From positions 1-40,533 of the IMG/VR virus record IMGVR_UViG_3300020235_000173: 40,533 nt of DNA, one strand, 5' to 3'. Shown here piece after piece: positions 24,863 through 34,576 of this stretch (position 1 is the stretch's first letter; each line of letters starts with the position of its first letter). Below the pieces are notes generated by a model, which was given only the letters and a program-made list of their open reading frames with translations, was not told the DNA's origin and did no database searches. Position numbers and translations under genes: made by a program. This stretch comes from a virus (taxonomy: Duplodnaviria > Caudoviricetes).

Positions 24863-27368
24863 TTAAGCACTCCAGTAAATCCTGCATCGATCTCAAACGA
24901 TTGACCGCGGTCTGGTATGCAGCATTAGCAGAGCGCGATATTCCCACAATTTCGCCGTCCCGACCAGCAATCTCCATCTGCATGACAATTTGCAGCTCAC
25001 CAAAATTCTGCTGCTCGAGGATGTTGTCTGGCAATGCACCGGGAACCTCGATGATTTCGCTCTGGTGCAATGTTTCGGCGCCGGCCAGTGCTTTCCTGAT
25101 CTCGGCATTGTTCATTGCCTGAATATCAAGCTCAGACTGATCCAGTATGTCAGCCAGCTCGTCCAAATCCTTTGCCAGCTTCGCCGCCAGCGGATCGGCG
25201 CCGCGGCCGAATATCTTCTCACCGCCAGCCTCGCGCATCACCGCTTCCACCAGCATTTCAGGATCGCGCTCGGCAATAAAACCAGCTTCTTCTGCCAGCT
25301 CGGCAGCCTCATCGTGGGTCAGGCCGCCCTCCAAAACCAGATTTTTGACCATAAGCTGCAAATCTCGGGCAGCCAGCTCACCGCCCTGATCCACCAGACC
25401 GCCTTTCTTAATCAGGAATTCGATCAGCGATTCGCCATAGATCTCCCGTTGTTTCGGGCCCTTCTCAGCGCGCAGCAGGTCCAGCAGCGGATCGATGGAC
25501 ATATCCACATCGATTTTCTCGCCAGTGGTATCGCGCTCCTTCTGAATCCCGCCCCAATAGCGATTAAACAGCTCCAGGGTATCGAGATCGTTTCTCTCGG
25601 CCGCGGTTGCATATTTGAACTCCTCGAGCGCCGCCTCTTTTGAGGCCGCGCTAAAGTCCCGGCCGGCATTGGCCATCAGCTCATTGCGGATACGGTCGAT
25701 GATTTCCTGCACTGGCACATGGGTCGATGGAGGTTCGCCAAGCGCCCACGCCTTTTCCAGCTCGCTGGCATTGGCGAAATACTCCGCTGACTCAGTGCCG
25801 GTCATCATCGCCAGATCGGTTTTTATGTCCATCGAAAGCGGATCGTAATGCTCGGTCGCCGCCAGCTTCTCGGCAAACGTGGCGACCTGAATCTCCAGAT
25901 AACTCTGATGTTCTCGGGCCTCTGCAAGCGCCTCGGGTGTGATATTGAGATCGGCAGCAACCTTGTCCGGGTCCATGCCGATATCCTGAAAATAGGTATC
26001 AAATTTCTTGATATCCAGCAGCACGTATTTCACCGATCCTGCTGCCTTATCGACAAAATCACGGAATCTGGCCGGTACGGACTGCCTGAGTTTCGAGTCC
26101 TTGGCAGCTTCACCGAGCGCCTGATAGGCGACCCGCAGGCCTTTGGCACGACGCGCTTGGACAAAATCGCCGGCATAGCTCATGGCGGGGCCAATACCAG
26201 CGATCAGACTCACCGCCTTGGCCGTCTGCACAATGGTCTCACCCATCGAGGATTTCCACTCATCCAGTGTGATGTGCGCATCCGGCTTTTCCTCGACCTG
26301 CACCAGGATGTTTTGCCCCACCGTCATCAGCGAGTCCTGATAAATCTCGACCACGATCTCTGAGCCCATTACCTCGCCATAACGCAGCAGCAGCTTGGCG
26401 GTTGCCGCTTTGACGCTCTGCTTTGCGAGCACCTGACCAGTCAGCTTCTCAGTCAATAGCGCCATGCCCTTACCAGTCAGTTTCCGTGCGCCCGGAATGT
26501 ATTTGAATAGCTGATTGATGCCGAAGGGCTCGGCCACCGCGCCAGCAAGCCCCGCGGCCTTGGCAGCGATAGACGCATTCGCATGAGTGAATCCTGCCTT
26601 GATATACCGGTTGTAGGACTCACCGGTAATCATGTCGTAGCTGCCCCTGACCAGCCCTATGTTCCAGCCTGCATAGCCGCCACTGATGCCACCGGAAGTA
26701 ATGCCAACAATTTCTGAGACGCCGAGAGTGGGCGCCGCCAACGGAAGGCCTGCGACACCGCCAACAACCATACCGAGGCCGATACCGAGCGCTATTTCGT
26801 CAGCGGTATTTCGGATCGCGTACCACATCGGGCCGACTTCCTTGGCGTTATAGACAATCGCCTTGGCCCACAGACTCTCGGCACCGAAGGTATGCGGCTG
26901 CAGCAGCTTCTCGTACTCAGCCATGCGCTCCGCATCGTTTTCGCGAAAATCGCCGTGAGCACGACGCTTGCCGATGTAGTTGTATTCGACCTTGGCCCAG
27001 GTGGAGTCAATCGACAGCGAGATGGCGCGCCAGTTGCGCTCCCATTTGGTCAGATTCTCATTGTCCATCTTGAGCACGGACAGGTGAAATGGATGCTCCG
27101 CGGCGTATGCTGCAAAGCCAGGGCTTTCGCGCTTCCACGCCTCGGGATCGAAGTCCTGATTTTGCTTGAGTTCCTCCTCCAGCTCCTCGAGATTGGCGTC
27201 GATCAGGTTCAGTGCCAGCCCGGTGTACTGGCCCACCGCCATCGAGCGCATTGCGCGGTCTGCATCAATGTTGATCTTATTGCCTAAAGCGAGACGCTGC
27301 GACTCCATCGCCCTGAGCTGCGCCTGCTCCAGCCATTTGTAGCCTAATTGGTCGGCAGGTGTGGACAT
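24852..27368 (-). CDS. Internal virion (ejection) protein, N-terminal part of a polyvalent protein (LPD22-like N-terminus)
   Basis: Follows the gp14/gp15-like genes; Gly/Ala-rich hydrophobic membrane-insertion segment; SKLR...P..F..FV motif; ends TLHQS...LLECLNAA. Confidence 0.8.
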   Translation of the reverse strand: MSTPADQLGYKWLEQAQLRAMESQRLALGNKINIDADRAMRSMAVGQYTGLALNLIDANLEELEEELKQNQDFDPEAWKRESPGFAAYAAEHPFHLSVLKMDNENLTKWERNWRAISLSIDSTWAKVEYNYIGKRRAHGDFRENDAERMAEYEKLLQPHTFGAESLWAKAIVYNAKEVGPMWYAIRNTADEIALGIGLGMVVGGVAGLPLAAPTLGVSEIVGITSGGISGGYAGWNIGLVRGSYDMITGESYNRYIKAGFTHANASIAAKAAGLAGAVAEPFGINQLFKYIPGARKLTGKGMALLTEKLTGQVLAKQSVKAATAKLLLRYGEVMGSEIVVEIYQDSLMTVGQNILVQVEEKPDAHITLDEWKSSMGETIVQTAKAVSLIAGIGPAMSYAGDFVQARRAKGLRVAYQALGEAAKDSKLRQSVPARFRDFVDKAAGSVKYVLLDIKKFDTYFQDIGMDPDKVAADLNITPEALAEAREHQSYLEIQVATFAEKLAATEHYDPLSMDIKTDLAMMTGTESAEYFANASELEKAWALGEPPSTHVPVQEIIDRIRNELMANAGRDFSAASKEAALEEFKYATAAERNDLDTLELFNRYWGGIQKERDTTGEKIDVDMSIDPLLDLLRAEKGPKQREIYGESLIEFLIKKGGLVDQGGELAARDLQLMVKNLVLEGGLTHDEAAELAEEAGFIAERDPEMLVEAVMREAGGEKIFGRGADPLAAKLAKDLDELADILDQSELDIQAMNNAEIRKALAGAETLHQSEIIEVPGALPDNILEQQNFGELQIVMQMEIAGRDGEIVGISRSANAAYQTAVNRLRSMQDLLECLNAA

Positions 27369-29269
27369 CAGTAACCCGGCAAGCCTCTAAGGCGATTGAG
27401 CGCAGCCTCCGGGCCGGTAGTGACCAGATAGAACCACGCCTCCGTCAGCACTTCCTCTGTCGGCTCGAGGCCCTCCTCTATCGGATTGACAGACGATCCA
27501 ATTTCTTTCAGCCAGTCGATAGCCAAGCCCTTGAAAGCAGGCATACCAATAGCCTCGTTTGCAGCGTGATCGAGTTCCATAGTGGAGGCAGTAAAGCCAA
27601 ACGGCGGTACTGGCTGATCGAGTTTCAGGTAGCCGCGCTCGATCTGCTCTGGCGACATGGTTGCCCAGTTGGTGCCTTCAACATCAAAACCCATCTCTAT
27701 GCGCTCATAGACCTCGAATTGGGTGATCTCATACGCCAGCTTGATGCGCTGTTCCGGGCTCAGCGTGTCCTCACCGCCGAGCTTAATCGCAGCATTGTGA
27801 TATGCCAGCAGCATCCGATTCCATTTTTGATGTGCTTCATGAATGCTGGCAGCAGTCGGCTTTTTCATCACCAGAGTAAACACCGCCTCGAGCTGCTGCG
27901 TCGGCGTCAGCCCAGTCTCAGGCGTCCTGCCCGCCTGTACCGCTCTGCGGTACTGGCCCGCTGCGTTTGTCCATGCAGTCGCTTGCTCGCGAGTCACATG
28001 GTCGCCCCATCGTTTAGGGTCCAACAGCGGCGGCCTCACCATCCAGTTATCAGGGCTCCAATCAATCTGTTCCTCAAGGCTCAGGGCAGCGTAGGCCTCG
28101 ATGGCCTCGGAGCTGGTCACGCTTGGAAAATCCTCCTGCCGGCGAGCGGCGATGGCATAGTCTTTTCTGGTTTTGTGCATCCCAGGAGGCAGGGCTGCTC
28201 TCAATGCACCCGGCGTCTCCTCCCATGCCGCGCCATCATCGATCAGCGCCTTGAGCTGCTCATCGGCCTCACGATAGCCCTCCGACCGAATGTTGGCCTC
28301 CATGAGTGTTTTGCGCACATTGGCTGCCTCGGCGGCTTTCCGCGCTTCCGATGACAGGCCCGCATCCTTGATGGCTTTCACGCGGGCTCTCTGCGCCTTC
28401 TCGCTGAGCCCCGGATTGACCCTCCAGGCCTCGTCATTGGTGGCGAACCCCTCGGCCTGCGCGGTGTTGATCTCGAGTTCCTTCTTGGTTGCCTCGAGCA
28501 TCGCCTTGGCGGTGTCGGCATGCAGGAAATCAGCAATCGAATCGGTGCCCTCACCAGCCGCGATCTGCTCGGTTGTCAGCGGGGCGAGCAGGCCTTTGCG
28601 GTATTTCAGCGACTTCTCGATTGCCTGCTTCCGCGGCTCCGGGTCCATGAATTCGAGCGAGGCCAGCGCCACATCCTGCACAAATCTCTGCCGCATATTC
28701 TTGGCCTGCTCCTCGTTGAGCCACAGCTTTTTCTGGGCCGCATTGATCTGATCGAGCGCTGTCTGCAGGATCTCGTTACGACTACCCGGCTCAGCAAGGA
28801 TAATTTTCTCCCTGACCATCTCCAGCGATCCATCCAGCTCAGCCAGGTTGTGGTCAATCTCGATCACGCGACGGAATTCCTGTACCGAGGCTGCCCCGCG
28901 TTCACGAATCAGGTCGGCATCGGCATGAAACAGTTCCAAATCGGCTGGCGTCAGTTTCCACTTACTCAGGATGCGATCACGGTCCTCGAGCAGACCGGTG
29001 CGGTAGCGGTCATCGTAAGTCTCGTAATCCCGGTCATCCTTGAGTTTCTCACGCTGCGCCAGATCAGCAGTCAGATACTCCTGCTTGGCCATCGAGTAAT
29101 TGAATGCGTCCTCTTTGACCTTGTGCTGAACCATCATGCGGCCGAATGTATCGGCAGCTACCGCTATCGAATCGGCCACCGCCAGCTCGCCCTGACCCGG
29201 AATATCAACCCGACCAGTGCGCAGTGATGGGCGCGCGCCGTAGTCGAGGACCTTCGGAATGCTTGCCAT
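27368..29269 (-). CDS. Internal virion (ejection) protein, T7 gp15 positional analogue
   Basis: 633 aa, helical; MASIP N-terminus; synteny. Confidence 0.75.
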   Translation of the reverse strand: MASIPKVLDYGARPSLRTGRVDIPGQGELAVADSIAVAADTFGRMMVQHKVKEDAFNYSMAKQEYLTADLAQREKLKDDRDYETYDDRYRTGLLEDRDRILSKWKLTPADLELFHADADLIRERGAASVQEFRRVIEIDHNLAELDGSLEMVREKIILAEPGSRNEILQTALDQINAAQKKLWLNEEQAKNMRQRFVQDVALASLEFMDPEPRKQAIEKSLKYRKGLLAPLTTEQIAAGEGTDSIADFLHADTAKAMLEATKKELEINTAQAEGFATNDEAWRVNPGLSEKAQRARVKAIKDAGLSSEARKAAEAANVRKTLMEANIRSEGYREADEQLKALIDDGAAWEETPGALRAALPPGMHKTRKDYAIAARRQEDFPSVTSSEAIEAYAALSLEEQIDWSPDNWMVRPPLLDPKRWGDHVTREQATAWTNAAGQYRRAVQAGRTPETGLTPTQQLEAVFTLVMKKPTAASIHEAHQKWNRMLLAYHNAAIKLGGEDTLSPEQRIKLAYEITQFEVYERIEMGFDVEGTNWATMSPEQIERGYLKLDQPVPPFGFTASTMELDHAANEAIGMPAFKGLAIDWLKEIGSSVNPIEEGLEPTEEVLTEAWFYLVTTGPEAALNRLRGLPGY

Positions 29270-29277
29270 CAGAAACC

Positions 29278-29814
29278 CTATGTGTAGCCTTCGGGAAGAT
29301 TATATTGCGGGATTTTGAGTTTGCTGGTCTTGGCGGCCAGCAGGCCGCGTTTCATTTGCTCGGACTGACCGAAACCACCAAATGGCGAGCCACCACCCAT
29401 GCCGTAATAGCCTGACACCGCACTGGTGATGGCGTTGATATAGCTGGCGTCCTTGGCAGCGCGGCCTTCTCGACGCGCTGCCTCGGCCCGGAATATCAGG
29501 CCCTCGGCCTCATTCTGGCCAGCCCACAACACCGACAGCATGCGGTACTCGCCCTCGGCGTTGAGATCAGCAAGCAGCGTGGTGATGCCCGGATCGGAGG
29601 TTCTGCCTGTCTGGGCGCCGGCCACCGCCAGCGCTCGGGAATACATGAATTCCTTCTCGCGTTTTTCCGCGGCCAGCTCACGGGTCGCTGCTGCCATGCG
29701 ACGATCAGCGGCCACACGATAGGCGTCGGCTTCACGGTCCTTGAGCTTTTTCTGCTGCGCACCTTTGTAAAGCTGGCCAATGGCCATCACTGCCATCACC
29801 GCTAATTTAGCCAT
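29278..29814 (-). CDS. Internal virion protein, T7 gp14 positional analogue
   Basis: Hydrophobic N-terminus, Ala/Arg-rich helices, Gly-rich C-terminus; synteny. Confidence 0.75.
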   Translation of the reverse strand: MAKLAVMAVMAIGQLYKGAQQKKLKDREADAYRVAADRRMAAATRELAAEKREKEFMYSRALAVAGAQTGRTSDPGITTLLADLNAEGEYRMLSVLWAGQNEAEGLIFRAEAARREGRAAKDASYINAITSAVSGYYGMGGGSPFGGFGQSEQMKRGLLAAKTSKLKIPQYNLPEGYT

Positions 29815-30257
29815 CCGTAATACGCTCCATGTAAATGCGTGAACCCAAGCCGGTGCAGTATCCGACAGCTTTCCGCGTGGTCCGCAACGGCAATCACCGG
29901 ACCTTGGTACTGGTCTGCAAATCTTAAGGAGGCCTTGATTGCGCGCATTATAGTGATTGATCGCAGGTGCGGCTGCAACTCAGGCTTGAAATCACAGAAA
30001 AACTTGCCGTATTCCCGCTCGCGTACCACGCCTATCACCCCTGACAGTTGGCCGTCCACAAAGGCGACAATGCACCGCATGGAGCCCTCTGGCGGGCCGC
30101 CATAATAGCTTTCGAGATCGTCCTGCGTGGCCTGCCGGGTGACTATCTTTGGCGGTTGCTGCGTCTCTCGACTGACTCCATGATCGCCAAGGCTGCCAAT
30201 ACCGTAGCTGGCCTCGGCGCTGCTGCTTCCAAGCATATCCTTGAATCCGTATTCCAA
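29802..30257 (-). CDS. GNAT-like protein, T7 gp13 positional analogue (start uncertain, 30257 or 30236)
   Basis: RQAT..D, VDGQLSGVIG and S.RILHRLGF motifs; lies between tail tubular B and the gp14-like gene. Confidence 0.7.
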   Translation of the reverse strand: MEYGFKDMLGSSSAEASYGIGSLGDHGVSRETQQPPKIVTRQATQDDLESYYGGPPEGSMRCIVAFVDGQLSGVIGVVREREYGKFFCDFKPELQPHLRSITIMRAIKASLRFADQYQGPVIAVADHAESCRILHRLGFTHLHGAYYGWLN

Positions 30258-32863
30258 TCGCCGCCAAAGGCGAAATCGTCCTCATGATAATCCTCATGGA
30301 TCGTGTTTGCCGCCTGATCCTCGCCACCCTCCACCAGCGGCAGATCGTACTGCGCGGGCAATGTCGGGCCGTACCTCAACCCTTGGAAATGCAGCCACTT
30401 GGCAATGAACCCCAGTCGCGTGACCTTCTTGCGCTCGAGTAAGCCGATGCCCTGCAGCTCGCCCAGTTTTGCAGACTTGAACTGCGCCGTATAACCGAGG
30501 CCGGCAACCACATCGCTGGCTACAACCGGCGTGATGTCCAGATGGCCCGGTGCGGTGACAACGAAAGTGCCGATATCCACGCCATCAGCCCACACCACCA
30601 CCGTCTCGCCAAGCAGCGGCGACATTTCCCCTTGGAATGGCAGAGATGTCGGCGCCCCGCTGTAAACAAAAAACGAATCCGCGATCTTGCTGACAGTGTC
30701 GCCACGCGCCTCACTCTCCAGCGCCCACTTCACGATATGCCGCTCGGTGCCGCCATTGATGGTGCGCTTGACGATGTAGTAAACCTGATCCTCGACCTTA
30801 CCCGGAAGTACCGCCACATCCTCGATAAAACCATCGGCGCCGGGTGAATTGATCTCGACCCAGGCGATCACATTCTCCAGCCGGTCATACACCAGCATGC
30901 CCACGGTGCCATCAGTCCTGACGCAATGCACCCGGATGTCGGGTTTCATCTGCACCGCGATCTGGGTGATGCCGACCTCGTTGAAATCAGGCGCGAACAC
31001 GCTCAGATCCAGCGAGCCATAGTCCTGCTGCTCGAAATCGTAGAGCAGCTCATACAGGCGTTGCTCGGTGCGATCCACGAACACCGCCCTCGAATAGGCG
31101 GTTTTGATGTTGAAATTGAATGGCGTCAGAGGCTCATCGAAGGTATTCGAGCGGGCCCCGAGGACGCTGTTGCCATCCATCTTGGCGGCATCGATCTGTG
31201 CTGAATTCTCGGAAGTGCCGAACATCAGCCGGCCAAGGCTCTTGAGCCAGTGGATCACACGGATCGGGCCAAAGCCGACCGAGCGCGAAATGGTACCTGC
31301 ATCGCCCACGAAATTGGAATCGAAGCTCTCGAAAGCATCCACGATAGAGCCCCAGATTTTGTCATTGCCGGCCCAGAACAGGCGCGCCTCATACAGATCG
31401 ACAGCACTGGGGAAGCCGCGGAAATCTGACCACTCGCCCTCCTCCCAGTCACGCGAGGCAGTTTTCGATCCGAAATCCTTCAACACGATGGCATCGAGCA
31501 CCGTAGGGCTTTGGAAGCCGTTTGCCCTTGCAATGCCCTCAATCGAGCCGCCCTGATAGTCCAGCGTCATGTCAACAGTGCCGGATGTGAAATCACCGAC
31601 CTTGACGATCAGGCGATAGAAAATGATCGAGCCATCCTGCAGATCGTTGAAGGTCTCCGAGGTCGGTGCGGTAAACGTGGTGCCCTGATCATTCCACGGG
31701 CCGGTGTCAGTGAACGCAAACTGCAGCGTGACCGTGGCCACGAATATGCCCTCGATAAAGATACTGAATATCCGCGCATCGCCGTTGCCAACCACCCTAA
31801 TCTCATCAGTGAATACCCCGGTATCCGCGCTGGCCGACGCACTGACGATCTGCCCCGCCGAGGCAATGCGCCACAGCGAGCGGCCGGTGACATGCTCGAC
31901 TCTGAAAATCCCCTCACTGGCGGTCAGTGTGATATTGCCGTTGAGATCGCTTGGCGCGATGGTGACGCCGGTGACATTCAGGTTCCTGAATGGCCCATCC
32001 TCAGACAGGTACAGCACAAAACTCCATGAGCGTCCAGTGCCGCGGCGCTCGAGCTTAAACATATTTTCCCCGAAAGCGCCGCCGGCAATGTAGATCACAT
32101 CGCCTGACTGCGACCACCGCAGCAGCGGCAGATCGGCAGAAGTGTACGCCGTCACCAGTAGCAGGGGGCCAGGAGGGGCGACCTGACACAGATCGATCTG
32201 CGCAAAGAATTCCCGCTCATTGGCGATCTCGACCACGAAATTGCCGGCTGATGGCGTAAAGGCAAGGAAATTCTGGCCCTGCCCGAGCCGTGTCTCCTGC
32301 ACGTAATCATCGAGGCCTACCAGAGAGCCGATCTTAAACCTGACCGGGCCGACATCGACATTGATATTGACGAAATGCTCGACGCCGGGATCGTTGACCA
32401 CCACCGTCTGGCGCAAAATGCCGAAGTCCGAGCCGTCGCCCTTGACCAGTGCCTTGCCGCTGGCATCCCACGACGCGGTACCACCACCGCCTGAGCCATC
32501 GATCCAGTCACCAGCGGGCACGATAGTATCGAAAAGAGCATTGCTAATGACCGCCGTGACTGATGGCTTGACGATCAGCTCATCATCCACGCGGAAGCGG
32601 ATACTGCCATTGCCCATCTCGATCAGCACCGTGTCATCGACGCCGAAGGTAAAAGGCAGGTTGCGGTGAAAATTGGCGTCAGAGCTGACGTTATCGATGT
32701 AGCCGAACCCCGGCCTGAGCATCATCGAGCCTAACACCCGCGGCACCCAATTCGACTGAATCTCGGCCGACATGCCAATGCGGTCCAGATCGATCCTTGC
32801 TAAGCCTATTTTCGAGACCACGCCCCGGTTGAAGGCCAGCAGTCGCTTATCCTGCATAGCCAT
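30143..32863 (-). CDS. Tail tubular protein B (nozzle, T7 gp12-like)
   Basis: 906 aa; AFNRGVVS...R.D, G....RPG, QSGDV, GFPSAV..YEARL, ENVIAW and GLGY motifs. Confidence 0.9.
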   Translation of the reverse strand: MAMQDKRLLAFNRGVVSKIGLARIDLDRIGMSAEIQSNWVPRVLGSMMLRPGFGYIDNVSSDANFHRNLPFTFGVDDTVLIEMGNGSIRFRVDDELIVKPSVTAVISNALFDTIVPAGDWIDGSGGGGTASWDASGKALVKGDGSDFGILRQTVVVNDPGVEHFVNINVDVGPVRFKIGSLVGLDDYVQETRLGQGQNFLAFTPSAGNFVVEIANEREFFAQIDLCQVAPPGPLLLVTAYTSADLPLLRWSQSGDVIYIAGGAFGENMFKLERRGTGRSWSFVLYLSEDGPFRNLNVTGVTIAPSDLNGNITLTASEGIFRVEHVTGRSLWRIASAGQIVSASASADTGVFTDEIRVVGNGDARIFSIFIEGIFVATVTLQFAFTDTGPWNDQGTTFTAPTSETFNDLQDGSIIFYRLIVKVGDFTSGTVDMTLDYQGGSIEGIARANGFQSPTVLDAIVLKDFGSKTASRDWEEGEWSDFRGFPSAVDLYEARLFWAGNDKIWGSIVDAFESFDSNFVGDAGTISRSVGFGPIRVIHWLKSLGRLMFGTSENSAQIDAAKMDGNSVLGARSNTFDEPLTPFNFNIKTAYSRAVFVDRTEQRLYELLYDFEQQDYGSLDLSVFAPDFNEVGITQIAVQMKPDIRVHCVRTDGTVGMLVYDRLENVIAWVEINSPGADGFIEDVAVLPGKVEDQVYYIVKRTINGGTERHIVKWALESEARGDTVSKIADSFFVYSGAPTSLPFQGEMSPLLGETVVVWADGVDIGTFVVTAPGHLDITPVVASDVVAGLGYTAQFKSAKLGELQGIGLLERKKVTRLGFIAKWLHFQGLRYGPTLPAQYDLPLVEGGEDQAANTIHEDYHEDDFAFGGDWNTDSRICLEAAAPRPATVLAALAIMESVERRSNRQR

Positions 32864-32867
32864 CAGA

Positions 32868-33506
32868 TCAGCCTATCAGTTGAGTACGTTTGCCCCGCTC
32901 ACCAGAACGGAAGCCTTGCCGTGAGCTGGCCCATGCGCCTTGCGGTGCAAACCTCGCCGGCGCCTCCATGCCATCGACCGCCTTGGCTTCCCGCAGCGCC
33001 AGTTTCCACTTCGACAGCAATACCGTGTCACTGAGATCCAGTCCGACCAGCCGTGGCGCCACCTTGTAGGCCAGATAGTGCTCGACCATCTCGGTGAAAT
33101 TGAAGGGCCACAGCGAGAAGTCACCGCCGAACTGAATATCGCTGGACACGTACTGCACGAAAATCTGGTCATCATTTGAAAACCAGAATCCAGCCTCGTC
33201 AATGTACTGGGTGATCGGTTGCTTGAAAAAATCGTCAAACGCGATGCGCATGGTGCGCACGAAATCATCGGGCTTGGGGAACGCGAATTCATAGCCAAAG
33301 GCCGGCGTGATGGTGGTCGAGGCCGGGATCTTTGCCGAGCGGGCGGCGAAATTCCACTGCCCCATCTGCAACACCCGCTTGAGAAAATCGTTGTCGAAAA
33401 TGTCATCGAGCTTGAACCGCGTCTCACGATTCTCGGTCAGGTTCGCCAGCCGGCGCTCACCAATGACGTTAAGCGCGCCGTTGTAAATCGATAACTTATC
33501 CGTCAT
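32868..33506 (-). CDS. Tail tubular protein A (adaptor, T7 gp11-like)
   Basis: IYNGAL..IGE, WNFA, FGYEFAFPKPDDFVR, LAYKVAP motifs. Confidence 0.9.
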   Translation of the reverse strand: MTDKLSIYNGALNVIGERRLANLTENRETRFKLDDIFDNDFLKRVLQMGQWNFAARSAKIPASTTITPAFGYEFAFPKPDDFVRTMRIAFDDFFKQPITQYIDEAGFWFSNDDQIFVQYVSSDIQFGGDFSLWPFNFTEMVEHYLAYKVAPRLVGLDLSDTVLLSKWKLALREAKAVDGMEAPARFAPQGAWASSRQGFRSGERGKRTQLIG

Positions 33507-33557
33507 GTCGCCCTCCAGGCCGGCGCATCCCTGCGCCTGTGTTCAGTCCTTGATCGG

Positions 33558-34193
33558 CTACCTTTCAACCGCCGCTTGGTGATTGGCGGCATAACGCCGA
33601 GCAAGATCAGCAGTCGCGAAATTTTCTTTGAGTGGATTGCCGTCCCGCAGGACGCGCCACTTGTGGTGCGCGCCTGCAAATTGGACCGTGTATCTCGATG
33701 GCACGATGGTTGGAGCTGTGGCCGGGACCAATTTGAAAAAGGACTTTTGTACCACATGCACGAACAGTGGCTCTTGCCCTGCTACGTGCAGCACCAGCTC
33801 CCACGACATATCATCTGGCAGCACATGAATGTTATCACCGGGCTGAATCAGCTTGGCAACGTGCTCCCAGAATGAGCCATCGAGGCATTGCTCGGGTGTA
33901 GTGTCCATATCGACATTCACCAGCCACGAATTGCGGGCCTGCTCCAGCAGGCCAAAGCGGGCCGCGGTAATTGACTTGGCCTTTTTTTCGAGTGGTTTGT
34001 CGAGTAGTGGATTTTTCTTTACGGTATCAGTGGCCGGCGCGTCCTTGACTTCCGGTATTTTCTCCAGCTCTGGGCTGATGACTTGAGACTGCACTTCGCC
34101 CGCCGGCGTAGCTGCCGCCTTGGCATCCGGCGTAACTGCCGGCTTGGCTTTCGAGCCTGTCTTTTTCTTGGTTGCTGCTGCTGTCGCGGCCAT
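33558..34193 (-). CDS. Hypothetical protein with Ala/Lys/Pro-rich N-terminus
   Basis: 211-aa ORF with GGAG RBS, between the capsid-associated gene and tail tubular A. Confidence 0.75.
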   Translation of the reverse strand: MAATAAATKKKTGSKAKPAVTPDAKAAATPAGEVQSQVISPELEKIPEVKDAPATDTVKKNPLLDKPLEKKAKSITAARFGLLEQARNSWLVNVDMDTTPEQCLDGSFWEHVAKLIQPGDNIHVLPDDMSWELVLHVAGQEPLFVHVVQKSFFKLVPATAPTIVPSRYTVQFAGAHHKWRVLRDGNPLKENFATADLARRYAANHQAAVER

Positions 34194-34204
34194 TTAGGTT
34201 CTCC

Positions 34205-34240
34205 AAACAAAGAAAGGGCAGGCCCAGATGAGCCTGCCCT
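34205..34240 (-). terminator. Terminator after the capsid and capsid-associated genes
   Basis: Minus strand AGGGCAGGC-TCATCTGG-GCCTGCCCT-TTCTTTGTTT. Confidence 0.8.
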
Positions 34241-34273
34241 CGCATTGTCGCCTAAGCGAGATCCTTATGCCAA

Positions 34274-34564
34274 TTAGCTGAATGCGATCAGCGTTGCATC
34301 GCCATCGGGATTGGTCGAGAAATCAACTACTGTGACCAATGCCCATTCAGCGAGCGGCGTGGCGTCATCGATCACGCAGACTTTGTCATTGACCCGCAGG
34401 CCCTTGTCTCCAGCGTCATTGATGTAACCGGCCGCGATCACCGTGGCAAAGTTGTCGGCAGAGCGATAGTCCCAGGTTGCGGAAGTGAAACCAGCGTCAG
34501 CCAGATTCTCACCCTCACCGAGCCGCGGAAGGCAGACGTTCAGAGATTTTGTGTCATAAGCCAT
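34274..34564 (-). CDS. Putative capsid decoration/cement protein
   Basis: 96 aa directly after the MCP and before a terminator; Y.SAD..ATV.AAGY..DA...GL...D pattern. Confidence 0.7.
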   Translation of the reverse strand: MAYDTKSLNVCLPRLGEGENLADAGFTSATWDYRSADNFATVIAAGYINDAGDKGLRVNDKVCVIDDATPLAEWALVTVVDFSTNPDGDATLIAFS

Positions 34565-34576
34565 TTCTACTCTCCC

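Noticed and set aside
20361-25070. Intein, self-splicing intron or IS element as the cause of the split gene
   Set aside because: No intein C/S...HN termini, homing endonuclease, reverse transcriptase, transposase or terminal inverted repeats seen; the TLHQ match is at protein level with different codons.
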